This document shows positions 29,001 through 37,975 of a DNA stretch of 64,000 bases, one piece after another (within the stretch, counting starts at the first letter, position 1; each line of letters starts with the position of its first letter). The DNA lies in the IMG/VR virus record IMGVR_UViG_3300001594_000003, positions 32,001 through 96,000 of that record. One strand, 5' to 3'. Source of the stretch: a virus (lineage: Duplodnaviria; Caudoviricetes). A program made the translations under genes and the position numbers. Under the pieces are notes generated by a model. That model did no database searches. It was not told the DNA's origin and saw nothing but the letters and a program-made list of their open reading frames with translations.

Positions 29001-29983
29001 CGATCACCAAGCACGGCGATCACGAAGCGTGGGAAGGTCTGCTCTGTAAGATGCTCCCAGCCGGCGGTAGTGAGGGTGCCATTCGACTCAAGCAGGTTGT
29101 ACCTGACTACAGGCCCATTGCAGGCACAGTGACGTTTGCGCCGGGCGAGACTTCAAAAGAGGTATGCGTACCGATTATAGGCAACAACATACAGCAAGCC
29201 GATCGAACCATCAACATGAACATCAGCAATCCGAGTCGCGGTAAGATAACGACTGCTGTTGGTGTTGGCACAATCATCGATGACGACAGTGCAATCTGTA
29301 AGCAGAATCCAACTGGTGCTGTCTATCAGAGAGCAGGCGGACCTGATGGTTCCTATCTGCTGCACGTTCAACCTGATTTCAACTGTGCTGCAGGTAACGT
29401 CAAGTACCTAATGATGGCGAATCTGAACTTTGCCTACACAGGTCCTTACGTATTCAACATCAGCAACGATGATGACTTTGAGTTGTACATCGACTGTAAG
29501 CTGGTGGCAAGTGGTGGTCTTGGTAACAAGGCATTTACGATCAACGTCGCTGCCGGTACTCGTAACGTGATTCTGCGTTACCTGAACATACCGAACTGCA
29601 CACCCGGTTACGCTGGGTTCTCTGTTCGATTCAACAACGCGATCACTTATCTGACCAAAGCATCTGATTGGAAAGGCCAAGTGAACTCTATTGGAGAGAT
29701 TGAATCGGGAAATGAACCCGCACCTTCTCCTACGCCTCCACCTACATGCAACTCTACTCCAGAGATTTGCCAAGTTTATCAGGAGCTCTTTAATCGACTG
29801 CCTGATGAACCCGGCGCTCAATTCTGGTTGAGTGATATTAACGCCAATGGTTGGGACGTAAAGACGCCTGAAGGATATGCCGCGTTTAAGGAGAGGGTGC
29901 GCCAATCGGCAGGACAGAGTGACTGTGCATACATGGGCGGAACGTGGGACTCGGTAAACAATCGCTGCATCCTACCGTCGTGA
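26060..29983 (+). CDS. large multidomain fibre/adhesin-like virion protein
   Basis: Gly/Ser tract, three beta-domain repeats (QMWN.PDK type), split Calx-beta, PA14-like domain, C-terminal YQELFNR.PD..G..FW domain. Confidence 0.8.
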   Translation: MSRLRIRNNDNSRWIDICQSEWYVRNPANTHWQRIMPSQGMKARHGSNDYWLDINCLSEGIEDCEAEDEYGGTPDGKGANGSGPGTGTGGGSDSGVGGSGSGTGGGSSGGVGSGGGAGGGGSGGGLSGNGPSSPDYSNDDLGSGDGSGGGTGGWSPNAPYPPGYDLPDSDGDGAGDRGDCIYRPGLNTCESKQPVIARPDKDCGTRSAGSWDCPFECPDSVNGAGKGITEFYIDMGNVSGKVNLPWSVPAGSASFDVYYRGKRVATTSGQRSGKGKLSFVFTPIDNDGKLFVRVRTKVNHARWTLQIKCKDDEDDGTLDDPRPCHGTYSAKSGGQGVHEFYHAMGETEGEAQVRFQMWNQPDKMEIFRDGVLIKTTGTYIAGEGSLKFNWVPGGSGLILIRITARDPGTSWNYMINCPGQKGAEDDPRPCDDTSPVTSGGAGITDTYVYMGFKAGKVGIRYQMWNIPDKLDVYQNGSLVATTGGPVTGDHWLYFEYDPSRGTKIMIRVTGSGKTSWSFLHTCPGEDDPNISINSPSVREGAEGENPNLCWTVSMDRPQGAPVTVDYGTNGGSAQPVVAQGRILATDQFDNPFIAVVDQADVGKVAFDGGFPKFYNNGFSAPMAAPTGTEVFDTWWRTAGAELYQTPASIPSGSEAAAWSFSGGAIRSTVNSSNIITFLSPDEYDSYTFEATLSSADGDNDMVGLVAAYKRVGSDNMMILAIRQRGGMGNFGSNFSLVLCKNNTVQQVYGGANYGTNGGWSGVETRVRVERDCNKLIAYCSPFGSTTINESSKIEITLPEMFLPSSRWGFCAQSQLGATFGSIFLSGIGLPPAFTYLKNLMLWCAKAGRNRILITCDAPTGNTYSLDNQPTGFALSMAGTVQAAGFEPVINDIYAWNDVGVIPLSDMNQYAAIVVIGSNSDRVPRFKSATIANFGEYVRTGGGLILITDHDVFQASVNQLAALFNVEFYASVDRAPISVADTITKHGDHEAWEGLLCKMLPAGGSEGAIRLKQVVPDYRPIAGTVTFAPGETSKEVCVPIIGNNIQQADRTINMNISNPSRGKITTAVGVGTIIDDDSAICKQNPTGAVYQRAGGPDGSYLLHVQPDFNCAAGNVKYLMMANLNFAYTGPYVFNISNDDDFELYIDCKLVASGGLGNKAFTINVAAGTRNVILRYLNIPNCTPGYAGFSVRFNNAITYLTKASDWKGQVNSIGEIESGNEPAPSPTPPPTCNSTPEICQVYQELFNRLPDEPGAQFWLSDINANGWDVKTPEGYAAFKERVRQSAGQSDCAYMGGTWDSVNNRCILPS

Positions 29984-29988
29984 GGTGA

Positions 29989-30162
29989 ATGATGGCTGTT
30001 CGACTACGTGTTCGTGATAAGCCTGACGGAGCGTGGATCGAAAACTTTGATAAGCTAGGCTGGAAAGTTCGTAAGGCCGATAACTCCGGGTGGATTCAAA
30101 TGCACCCGGGGAACACCAAAGTTCGATCCTCTGATAATACCAGATGGCTAAACGTTAAGTGA
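29989..30162 (+). CDS. 57-aa protein homologous to N-terminus of 26060..29983 (not in ORF track)
   Basis: MMAVRLRVRDKPDGAWIENFDKLGWKVRKADNSGWIQMHPGNTKVRSSDNTRWLNVK; GAGG SD. Confidence 0.8.
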   Translation: MMAVRLRVRDKPDGAWIENFDKLGWKVRKADNSGWIQMHPGNTKVRSSDNTRWLNVK

Positions 30163-30169
30163 GGAATTT

Positions 30170-30976
30170 ATGGGTGGATTAACAAGACCGCCGCTCGCCA
30201 TGATTGACCCAGGGTTCGGGGCAACAAACGATCAGGTGCGCTTCAACGGTGAATTGCTTGAGTTGCAGTCTGACGATGACAACGAAAGTAATTCTCAAGT
30301 TGTAAATGGAGAGTACGACTCCGAAACTGGTACCTTGAAGTTAACTAAGGAAGATCGATCTACAATCATCATTCGTGGTTTTCTCACTAAAGCTAGTGTG
30401 GGTGTTGGCCCAACGGGTCCGACTGGTCCGCAAGGTAAGCCTGGGTCAAATGGGCGCAACGGTAAAGACGGACGTACTGGCGCTCAGGGTTGTATGGGAC
30501 CAAAGGGTGACCCAGGTCCAGCGGGCCCCACAGGTCCAGCGGGTCCACCCGGTACTGTAGGTAGTTTGGGTGCAACCGGCCCGACTGGTCCTACGGGCCC
30601 GACTGGTCCTGCAGGTGCAGACGGTAAAGCTCCAGTATTTGGTGTCGGAGAATCTGCTGCATACGAGCTGTTTGAGAATGCAACTCTGAAATGCTGGGGC
30701 CGCTTCACTTCAACAGAAGCCGCTGTATTCCAACGCATTGTATTCCCAGAAGCGTTCAAGACAGACAAGCCTCGCGCCATGTTTTTGCAGTTCATCGATC
30801 CGACCAGTAATGTAAAGGATGCTATACGTGTCGATCGAATCAACAAGGGTAATGCCGAGTTGAGTGTGGTCGAAAGTAAACTGCCGCAAGTTCCAGACGG
30901 TACGGGTGAAACAGTACCCGCACCTGCGACTGGCTGGGATTTTTACTGGTTCGTTATTGGCTCTGACACTCCGTAA
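30170..30976 (+). CDS. collagen-like fibre protein with C-terminal gp53/H-lectin-like domain
   Basis: MGGLTRPP; GPT-rich Gly-X-Y; CWG...I.FP.AF...FYWFVIG. Confidence 0.85.
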   Translation: MGGLTRPPLAMIDPGFGATNDQVRFNGELLELQSDDDNESNSQVVNGEYDSETGTLKLTKEDRSTIIIRGFLTKASVGVGPTGPTGPQGKPGSNGRNGKDGRTGAQGCMGPKGDPGPAGPTGPAGPPGTVGSLGATGPTGPTGPTGPAGADGKAPVFGVGESAAYELFENATLKCWGRFTSTEAAVFQRIVFPEAFKTDKPRAMFLQFIDPTSNVKDAIRVDRINKGNAELSVVESKLPQVPDGTGETVPAPATGWDFYWFVIGSDTP

Positions 30977-30985
30977 GGTGAACAC

Positions 30986-31471
30986 ATGCTGCCCGCTCCG
31001 TACTATCATCTGTACTATGACGAGGAAACTGGTGAGATTCTAGGTTTCTGGAATCCCAACAACGGTGAGTGCGAATACTCACCAAACATCCTAGTCGACC
31101 TTGAAACGCACGGCATGGTTCAACCGCGCTCGCACCAGTTTCGAGTTGTTAATGGAAAGGTAGTGTCCGTAGAAGAACTCAATGCACAGCAGTCCAACAG
31201 CGATGAAGCATCTGACGACGATGAAGCCCCAGCGCCATCTCGACAGAGTGAACCTTCTCTTGCAGGCGGGCTTGTTGTGGATGGTGTCTGCTACGCCATA
31301 GTACCTCATCACTTATCCGTATTGATGTTGGACTTGTCCGTTAACGCAGATGAAGTACGAGCGATCACATACACTAAGGAAGGTAGGCGTCTTGTTAAGC
31401 TGTCAAGAGCCGATGCCGAAAACGTAGCCTCGAAAATCGCCGAGCATCTGTCCAATCTACTGGTTGGATAA
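30986..31471 (+). CDS. putative fibre assembly chaperone
   Basis: YYD.ETGEI.GF N-terminus; follows fibre gene. Confidence 0.5.
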   Translation: MLPAPYYHLYYDEETGEILGFWNPNNGECEYSPNILVDLETHGMVQPRSHQFRVVNGKVVSVEELNAQQSNSDEASDDDEAPAPSRQSEPSLAGGLVVDGVCYAIVPHHLSVLMLDLSVNADEVRAITYTKEGRRLVKLSRADAENVASKIAEHLSNLLVG

Positions 31472-31475
31472 TTTA
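31469..31475 (+). promoter_or_regulatory. putative late promoter TAATTTA
   Basis: ATG 31502 lies 27 nt after motif end. Confidence 0.65.
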
Positions 31476-31501
31476 CTCAGAGCATATACCGAGGTATAAA
31501 A

Positions 31502-32329
31502 ATGACACTACCTATTCAAAGACTCATTGAGGCTGCAACCCTGCGCGGCCTTTCCGAGTCTAACGGCATCATACTGTCAATCGACGGTCCGCTCGGTGTT
31601 CGCATAAACGTCACGGTAAGTCATCAGGAGCCGATAACAATCGTGGCTCCGATGGACCTTATCTGGATCAAACCAGATACTGGCGATGTTCTTCGACGTG
31701 TGAGTCGTGCGCAGAGTCAAACACACTCACACACGTGGCAACTTGCGGACGAATCCAACTTCTGGCAACAACAGATATGGGACGAGCCGCGACCGAATGA
31801 TCAAGACTTCCAAGAGCTAAATCGTAACATCGGCAACACGCACCTGTTGAAAGCTGAGGATATCGGTGCTATCAGCACGGACGGTGCGCAGATGTTGGGT
31901 GAGCTTCGTCCACGTGTGTTGGACCCAGCTACGACCGATACTTACTCTGCGGAAGAAGCCGTACCTCGTTCGTTCGTTGAGAAGTTGACATTAGCGGCCC
32001 AGAACCTAGCGGCTTCCGTATATCAGCAACTCAACAGCGTTCGTAGCAGCTTGACCAACGCTCGTAACCGATTAGTTGTCGTAGAGCAGAAGCTACAGGA
32101 TATTGAAATAGGCGAGGGCACTCCTCGTTACAAACATGATCAGCTAGAAGCGTCGCTTGAGTGGAGAATTACCCACTCGCTAAACACTCTCGACGTTACT
32201 GTGGAAGTCCGCAACTCTGACGGGTTGTTGATGGTACCCGATGTTCAGCAACCAATAGACGCTGACAACATTCTGCTAACGTTCGCCGAACCTAGAACTG
32301 GCAAAGTCCTCATACTTGGCCTAAGGTAA
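31502..32329 (+). CDS. virion structural protein with coiled coil and C-terminal W-x-I-x-H-x-L domain
   Basis: HDQ....EWRITHSL; domain shared with genes in 34845-37412. Confidence 0.7.
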   Translation: MTLPIQRLIEAATLRGLSESNGIILSIDGPLGVRINVTVSHQEPITIVAPMDLIWIKPDTGDVLRRVSRAQSQTHSHTWQLADESNFWQQQIWDEPRPNDQDFQELNRNIGNTHLLKAEDIGAISTDGAQMLGELRPRVLDPATTDTYSAEEAVPRSFVEKLTLAAQNLAASVYQQLNSVRSSLTNARNRLVVVEQKLQDIEIGEGTPRYKHDQLEASLEWRITHSLNTLDVTVEVRNSDGLLMVPDVQQPIDADNILLTFAEPRTGKVLILGLR

Positions 32330-32334
32330 CTAAC

Positions 32335-33195
32335 ATGAAACGGCTTTTGGCATCCTTGTCGCTAATTTATGTCATAACGGTAAGCGCCCAAAGCCTTCTG
32401 GTTGTCCAATCCGCTCAGGTCCATGATCTGTACGGAAACTCGATTGTGACAGCCCTTCTGGAAACTGAAGGAATTGAGCAGGTGGATGTTTTCCACGCTC
32501 GTTTGTTCACCCATGATTCGTCCGAGTATTCTCGCGCAAACCTCAAACGTGTGCTAGCTGCTCACGTCGAGAAAGCGAAGCCGGCCGAAATCCTGTTTTT
32601 GGGTGAGCCTGTTATCGATGTTGGAGTTCCGTTTAAATACACTCCGATACTTGTTGGATCGAAATCGTTTAACACCACTGCACTGACAGCGGCGCGCGAC
32701 TACGATCCAAAGATGAACAAAGTATACATCATTTCAGGTCCTTCGCATGTCGCTCAATTGCGACAAGCAAACCTACAAACATATATGGATGGATTCGACG
32801 TTGAGACCTTCACTGTCTCAACTGTCTTGGATTTCCAAAAGCGCCTCTTGTCGATTCAGGACGAACCGAAAGGCATCATTCTGCTAAATGCGTTCACGTT
32901 GTTGGATGAGTGGCAGCAGGATGTTGGCTATGCCGAGCTTGAGAAGATTCTAGTATCAGTCAACAAGAAACATTTGGATGTGGGCCTGTGCCGTAAACGG
33001 TTCAACACTGCACTTGCGGTAGGCCCAACGCCGAGAGAAGCTGCTGAATTGGCTTCGTCTTCATATCACGTTGCTGAGAATGAACTTCCACACATAAGTT
33101 CGTGTGCAAATCTGAGGAGGCTTAGTGGTAAATGGTTACCTGTTTACCGTAAGTCCCAAGGAAAATTCGACATTGTAGTAGGTGGATATGACTAA
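32335..33195 (+). CDS. exported protein, periplasmic-binding-like alpha/beta fold
   Basis: Sec signal MKRLLASLSLIYVITVSA; alternating beta/alpha pattern. Confidence 0.5.
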   Translation: MKRLLASLSLIYVITVSAQSLLVVQSAQVHDLYGNSIVTALLETEGIEQVDVFHARLFTHDSSEYSRANLKRVLAAHVEKAKPAEILFLGEPVIDVGVPFKYTPILVGSKSFNTTALTAARDYDPKMNKVYIISGPSHVAQLRQANLQTYMDGFDVETFTVSTVLDFQKRLLSIQDEPKGIILLNAFTLLDEWQQDVGYAELEKILVSVNKKHLDVGLCRKRFNTALAVGPTPREAAELASSSYHVAENELPHISSCANLRRLSGKWLPVYRKSQGKFDIVVGGYD

Positions 33196-33469
33196 CATGC
33201 ACTCGAACGTTTCGAGATTCGTTCTCCTAGCGCTACTTGTAATAGTTTTGTACATCTTCTGGACGTACAGCTACAAGGCGCCTGGCCGTGAGTCCGTAAT
33301 CTACACTCGCATGGATTGCATTCAAAGCGTATGTGTGTACAACAAAACCACGGGCGAGTTGTGTGCAGTTCGTAAGCCTACGGTTTCCGAGTTGATCATT
33401 GAAACTGATCCAAACAACTACAATGTTCGTAACATACGAGTGATACCAAGCGATGATTTATGCCAATGA
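33188..33469 (+). CDS. small single-TM protein with Cys-containing soluble domain
   Basis: FVLLALLVIVLYIFW; four Cys. Confidence 0.65.
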   Translation: MTNMHSNVSRFVLLALLVIVLYIFWTYSYKAPGRESVIYTRMDCIQSVCVYNKTTGELCAVRKPTVSELIIETDPNNYNVRNIRVIPSDDLCQ

Positions 33470-33478
33470 GGCTGCTCA

Positions 33479-34027
33479 ATGGATGCCATCCAAACCATTT
33501 TCAGTAGCCCTCTGCCAGTTGCCATATCCGCTGTAATTGCAGTAGCGTGCCTGGCCGGTTACTGGTTTTTTGTTATACCTATGCTTGAAGAGGTAAAGAC
33601 CCTCCGGGAGACCAACGTCGAACTCCAGAGCAAACTGGGCGGCGAGTTTGAACAACAGAAAGCGAGCATACAGCGATTCATGCAGGAAGTGATGACCGGT
33701 GTGCAGAATCAGCAGAATGTTGGTGAACTCGTGTCCGTAATAAACGCTCTGAGGACAACGGTCGAACAACAAACGAACGCACTGAACAGTACACTTGTTC
33801 GTATACTAGACGACATTCAGGAATCGATAGCGCGTCTAAGTCCAGTGATATCCAATCTTTCGGAAACTTCTGCTCGTAAAGACGATGAGATTCGGCGTGA
33901 GGTAGAACGTCTTGGTAGGTTGCTTGAGTCGCTTACTAGGACAGTCGCTGATATAAGCGACAAGCAAAGCCAAGTTGCCGGCGTCCTAACAGGAATGTCC
34001 ATCGCGTCTATGAACAGGAGTCTGTAG
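33479..34027 (+). CDS. single-TM coiled-coil protein
   Basis: N-terminal TM followed by heptads. Confidence 0.7.
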   Translation: MDAIQTIFSSPLPVAISAVIAVACLAGYWFFVIPMLEEVKTLRETNVELQSKLGGEFEQQKASIQRFMQEVMTGVQNQQNVGELVSVINALRTTVEQQTNALNSTLVRILDDIQESIARLSPVISNLSETSARKDDEIRREVERLGRLLESLTRTVADISDKQSQVAGVLTGMSIASMNRSL

Positions 34028-34037
34028 GAATTTAGAC

Positions 34038-34829
34038 ATGGCCTATGTGCTGAATAACATACGGTTTCGCTCCGTCAGCTCTAAAGCCCTTCAAGGGTAC
34101 TACGATTCCAAGTCCTTCATTTTGAATGAGTTGATTGACGAGCGAAAACAATTTAGCCAGGTCGCAAGAGAGGTGCTGCTGTTATTCTTCAACAGCTATT
34201 CCGATTGGGCGTCCAAGGTGGAGTATCTCTTACTTAATCGGAACGTGTTGGATGACTCGGATATCCAGATTATCTTTCAACGTTTCGGTGAAGTAGTAGA
34301 AAGCAACAAACACATTTTCCGCGTGCATAGCGATGTGTTTAATGCTGATTTCATGCGGGTCTGGGGTAAGGTTCATTACCATATACCGCAAAACTTCAAA
34401 CGCAAAGTGCGCCGTGTGTCGGGCAAATCGCAATTGGAAGCGTACCCGCTCATTATAGATGCGTTGGTTAAAGCGTTGCAGTCAACGTTGTTTGAACTGT
34501 ACGAGGTCGATTGTCTGCTAGGCTCTAATTTAGTAGAGAAGCGTGTAACGACTAACGCATCGAACATGGATAACCTCATAACCTATATAGACGAAGGTGA
34601 CCTAGCGTACTATCGCAACACGGGAGTCTTCATCATTAAGGAGAGGTTGAACTACTATCTGGACGAAGTAATCCTACCGGGAATACAAGTTCCGATCGTG
34701 GTGAAAAACTACACGGAAGAAAAGATTGAATTGCAAAACGGCGTGGTTGTAGGCGATCAGCCATTGGCTAAACTGCTTACCGATATTCAAGAAAACCCAC
34801 GTATCAAAATTGTTGAAGTCCTTTCCTAA
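34038..34829 (+). CDS. hypothetical cytoplasmic protein
   Basis: 263-aa ORF in operon. Confidence 0.65.
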   Translation: MAYVLNNIRFRSVSSKALQGYYDSKSFILNELIDERKQFSQVAREVLLLFFNSYSDWASKVEYLLLNRNVLDDSDIQIIFQRFGEVVESNKHIFRVHSDVFNADFMRVWGKVHYHIPQNFKRKVRRVSGKSQLEAYPLIIDALVKALQSTLFELYEVDCLLGSNLVEKRVTTNASNMDNLITYIDEGDLAYYRNTGVFIIKERLNYYLDEVILPGIQVPIVVKNYTEEKIELQNGVVVGDQPLAKLLTDIQENPRIKIVEVLS

Positions 34830-34844
34830 ACGGAGAAGCATATA

Positions 34845-36584
34845 ATGCTCAAGAATGGTAACATTACGCTGCTCGGCGAAATTCGTGGTTTGAAGCCGCA
34901 ACGTCTCGCCGCCGACCCCATCGAAGCCGATCTGCGTCAAGGCCTCGTTTGGGTAAACACAACTGAAAAGGCTATGAAGTGGTACGACGGTGAAGTGATC
35001 AACCGTATCGCTACCGGTGACAGCCTCGACGAGTACATGCGTCTCGATGGCGCTGAAATGACTGGTCCGCTGCTGCTCTCCGGTGATGCTACCGAAGCTC
35101 TGCACGCTGTACCGTTCAGCCAACTGAACACCCTGCTGGAAGGCAAACAGGACGATATCACTGGTGCTGCCAGCACTGTCGTCACTGCTGATCTGACCGC
35201 AAGCTCCGTACTCGTTTCTGACGAAAACGGCAAGATCGCTGCTGGCACCATCAACGTCGCTACTCTGGGTTATCTGGACGGCGTCACCAGCAACGTTCAA
35301 ACCCAGCTGGACTCCAAGCAAGACGACCTCGGCTATGTGCCTGTTGATCGCGAAGGCGACACTCTGACCGGCGACCTGAACTTTAGCAACTCCGCTACTG
35401 TTACTGGTCTGCGTGCTCCTGTCAGCCAGACTGACGCTGTTCGTCTGATGGACCTGGACAACCTGGCTTCTGGCCTGGACTTCCAGCCGGACGTTCTCGC
35501 TGTTCAGCTGGACGATACTCTGGTCCCGTTCTCGCCGACCGAAGAAGTGATCGATCCTGATACTCAGGAAGTCACCACTCCTGCCTTCGATCTGCCTGAC
35601 TCGGTCGTTCGCTACATCGTAACTGACGCTTCCACCCTGAACGCTGCTTTCGGTACCATCGAAGGTCTGGAAGATGGCGATATCATCCAGCGTAATGCTG
35701 ACGATACCTTCAGCGTTGTCTACGACGTGAGCGAGCGTGGTCCTGGCGTACTGGCTTGGGATCGCGGTACTGCCAAGTTCATGAAGTACAACGGTACCAT
35801 CTGGAACGAGCACGGCGGCCTGAGCGGTGTTACTGCTGCTGACGGTCTGCGCAAAGAAGCCAACACCATCATGGTTGACTTCGGTGGTGGTGTTGAAGCA
35901 TCGGCTGAAGGTGCGCTGACTCTGGCTGTCGATGACGGTCTGGCTCTCGTCGATCCGACTACTGGCCTGGCTTCGACCGGTGCTGACGCTATCCTCGCTC
36001 TGGTTGCTCGCGCTACCGGCGGCCTGACTGTCACTGCTGAAGGTGTTGGCGTTGCCGCTGAAGGTATCGATGCTGACAAGCTGGCTGCCGCTGCTTTCGG
36101 TAACGGCCTGACTGGCGGTGCTGGTACTGCTGTTAGCGTTCGTGCTAATGCTGATGCCTCCATCGTCGTTGACGCTGACGGCGTTCGCGTTGGTGACCTG
36201 AGCGATACCTACGTTGCTCGCACTGGTGACACTTCGGTCGATGGTCAGCTTGCTGTTCCTGCTCCGACTGCTGAAACCAGCGCTACCAACAAGCTGTACG
36301 TTGATACCGCTGTTACTGGCGTAAGCGATGCCGTTACTGCTCTGTCTGACAACATCGCTCAGAGCCGCATGGTGTTCGATGGTACCGTCGGTGATGCAAT
36401 GGATACCTACTCCATTCAGCACAACTTCGGCGACAAGTACGTTCAAGTCACCGTGTATGACGAGAACGACAACGAAATCATGCCGGATACCATCCAGCTG
36501 ATCGACGCCAACAACGTCCAAGTTACCCTCGCCATCGCTCAGCGCATTCGCGTAGTGATCACCGGTCGCAAGGTCGCTGTTTAA
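34845..36584 (+). CDS. abundant fibre-like virion structural protein
   Basis: Strong CTG/GCT/GGT codon bias; G.GL repeats; ATNK.YVD; C-terminal I.HN.G domain. Confidence 0.75.
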   Translation: MLKNGNITLLGEIRGLKPQRLAADPIEADLRQGLVWVNTTEKAMKWYDGEVINRIATGDSLDEYMRLDGAEMTGPLLLSGDATEALHAVPFSQLNTLLEGKQDDITGAASTVVTADLTASSVLVSDENGKIAAGTINVATLGYLDGVTSNVQTQLDSKQDDLGYVPVDREGDTLTGDLNFSNSATVTGLRAPVSQTDAVRLMDLDNLASGLDFQPDVLAVQLDDTLVPFSPTEEVIDPDTQEVTTPAFDLPDSVVRYIVTDASTLNAAFGTIEGLEDGDIIQRNADDTFSVVYDVSERGPGVLAWDRGTAKFMKYNGTIWNEHGGLSGVTAADGLRKEANTIMVDFGGGVEASAEGALTLAVDDGLALVDPTTGLASTGADAILALVARATGGLTVTAEGVGVAAEGIDADKLAAAAFGNGLTGGAGTAVSVRANADASIVVDADGVRVGDLSDTYVARTGDTSVDGQLAVPAPTAETSATNKLYVDTAVTGVSDAVTALSDNIAQSRMVFDGTVGDAMDTYSIQHNFGDKYVQVTVYDENDNEIMPDTIQLIDANNVQVTLAIAQRIRVVITGRKVAV

Positions 36585-36603
36585 GTTGTAATAGAGAGGC
36601 TTT

Positions 36604-37203
36604 ATGAAAATCAACGGTACGCTTGATCTGATGGGAAACTACCTGAAGAACCTTGCGTTTGAACCCGTTGACACTTGGCCGCTCGAACCCAAGCCGGGCA
36701 CGTTCATCTTCAAGTCTAAGCGGATTTACATCTGTTTGGAAATACAAGATGGTGTGCCGGCTTGGCTCCCTATCAGCACCGATCTTCACACCCATGTTCA
36801 TGACCAGTTTGTTGCGCAGACCGAATGGGTCATCGAGCACAACCTGCAAACGGCTGGGTGTGTTGTTCAAGTGCTTAGTGGGGATAATCGAGCGATTGAG
36901 TTCGACGAGGTTGACTTCGAGTTCAACAGGGCAACCATCCGATTCGCTGAGCCTCAAGCTGGTCGTGTCATACTTGTTATGGGTGCGACAGAAGGGATTC
37001 CGCGTCCTGTAGTAGCTTTCGAGCAGGCATTCACGGACAGTGCTACTTGGGTAGTTAACCACAAGCTAGGTTACGCCCCGATCATTCGTTGCTTCGTTGG
37101 CAACGTTGAAGTGCAGCCTGTTTCCATCATCCATAACGATACGTTCACCTCTGCTACCGTTACGTTCAACAGTCCGCTGTCGGGCAAGGTACGGTGCATA
37201 TGA
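36604..37203 (+). CDS. structural protein with two W-x-I/V-x-H-x-L domains
   Basis: EWVIEHNL, TWVVNHKL. Confidence 0.7.
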   Translation: MKINGTLDLMGNYLKNLAFEPVDTWPLEPKPGTFIFKSKRIYICLEIQDGVPAWLPISTDLHTHVHDQFVAQTEWVIEHNLQTAGCVVQVLSGDNRAIEFDEVDFEFNRATIRFAEPQAGRVILVMGATEGIPRPVVAFEQAFTDSATWVVNHKLGYAPIIRCFVGNVEVQPVSIIHNDTFTSATVTFNSPLSGKVRCI

Positions 37204-37412
37204 GTGGTCGCTATCAGCACGAACAACCTACGCCGAGTGATCTTTGGGTCATTCAGCACAATCTTTCCACTCGCGCTCCGATCATTGACGCTTATGTTGA
37301 TTACGATGGTAGTCAGCAGAAAATGCTTCCTAAAGAAGTACGCGCTATCGATCTGAACACCTGCCATCTTGTATGGTCTGTTCCGCGCACTGGCCGAGCT
37401 GGGGTAATCTGA
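37200..37412 (+). CDS. single W-x-I-x-H-x-L domain protein
   Basis: HEQ....LWVIQHNL; ATGA coupling. Confidence 0.7.
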   Translation: MSGRYQHEQPTPSDLWVIQHNLSTRAPIIDAYVDYDGSQQKMLPKEVRAIDLNTCHLVWSVPRTGRAGVI

Positions 37413-37963
37413 TGCTTATCGACAGTCTAACAATTGCCGCGGGCTCGGGACTCCAGATTCAAATGCTCGACGATGCACGTCGCGGTCCCGCGTTCCCAGA
37501 TTCACCTAACACTGGTGATCTGTGGGAGCTGACCGAAAGCGTTAACGCTGGCATTTACGAGTACCAGACCCAGTGGATTCTTCGCAACCCAAGCCTCAGC
37601 GCACTGTCTTATGACCTGTCTGGCACCATCTTCGGAAAGCCAGAGCCGAGTGCTAAGGTCATGTACTACGTAGCTTCGCGCACGTTCTACATTCAAGGTG
37701 CACTGGCTGGAGCTATCGCGTATGCTCTGCAAGCTCCAGAGCTGGCGCAAGACTTCCCAATCACACTGACTCGAAACCAACAGCCCATGTACGTTGGCAC
37801 GATCCATTTCGATGCGTTCAGTGAGAAGGGCCTGTTCAACCCTGCAAGTCAGGAACCGATCCGCGTACAGCGTGGCGATATCATTATGATCACTGCACCT
37901 GATGTAGTCGATAGCCTGATGGCTGATATCTCCTTCACGTTGTGCGGTTACCTATCTATCTAA
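37412..37963 (+). CDS. hypothetical structural protein
   Basis: TGATG coupling; FP..P.TGDLW motif. Confidence 0.6.
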   Translation: MLIDSLTIAAGSGLQIQMLDDARRGPAFPDSPNTGDLWELTESVNAGIYEYQTQWILRNPSLSALSYDLSGTIFGKPEPSAKVMYYVASRTFYIQGALAGAIAYALQAPELAQDFPITLTRNQQPMYVGTIHFDAFSEKGLFNPASQEPIRVQRGDIIMITAPDVVDSLMADISFTLCGYLSI

Positions 37964-37975
37964 CGGAGCTTCAAC

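Noticed and set aside
32363-32369. TAATTTA as promoter implying a later start for 32335
   Set aside because: It lies within the signal-peptide codons with no start codon about 27 nt downstream, so it may be chance.
34674-36614. 646-aa antisense ORF (also 45166..46206, 46302..47315, 27701..29023, 20872..21876, 59242..60021)
   Set aside because: These mirror strongly codon-biased + strand genes, which depletes antisense stops. They show no SD or protein motifs.
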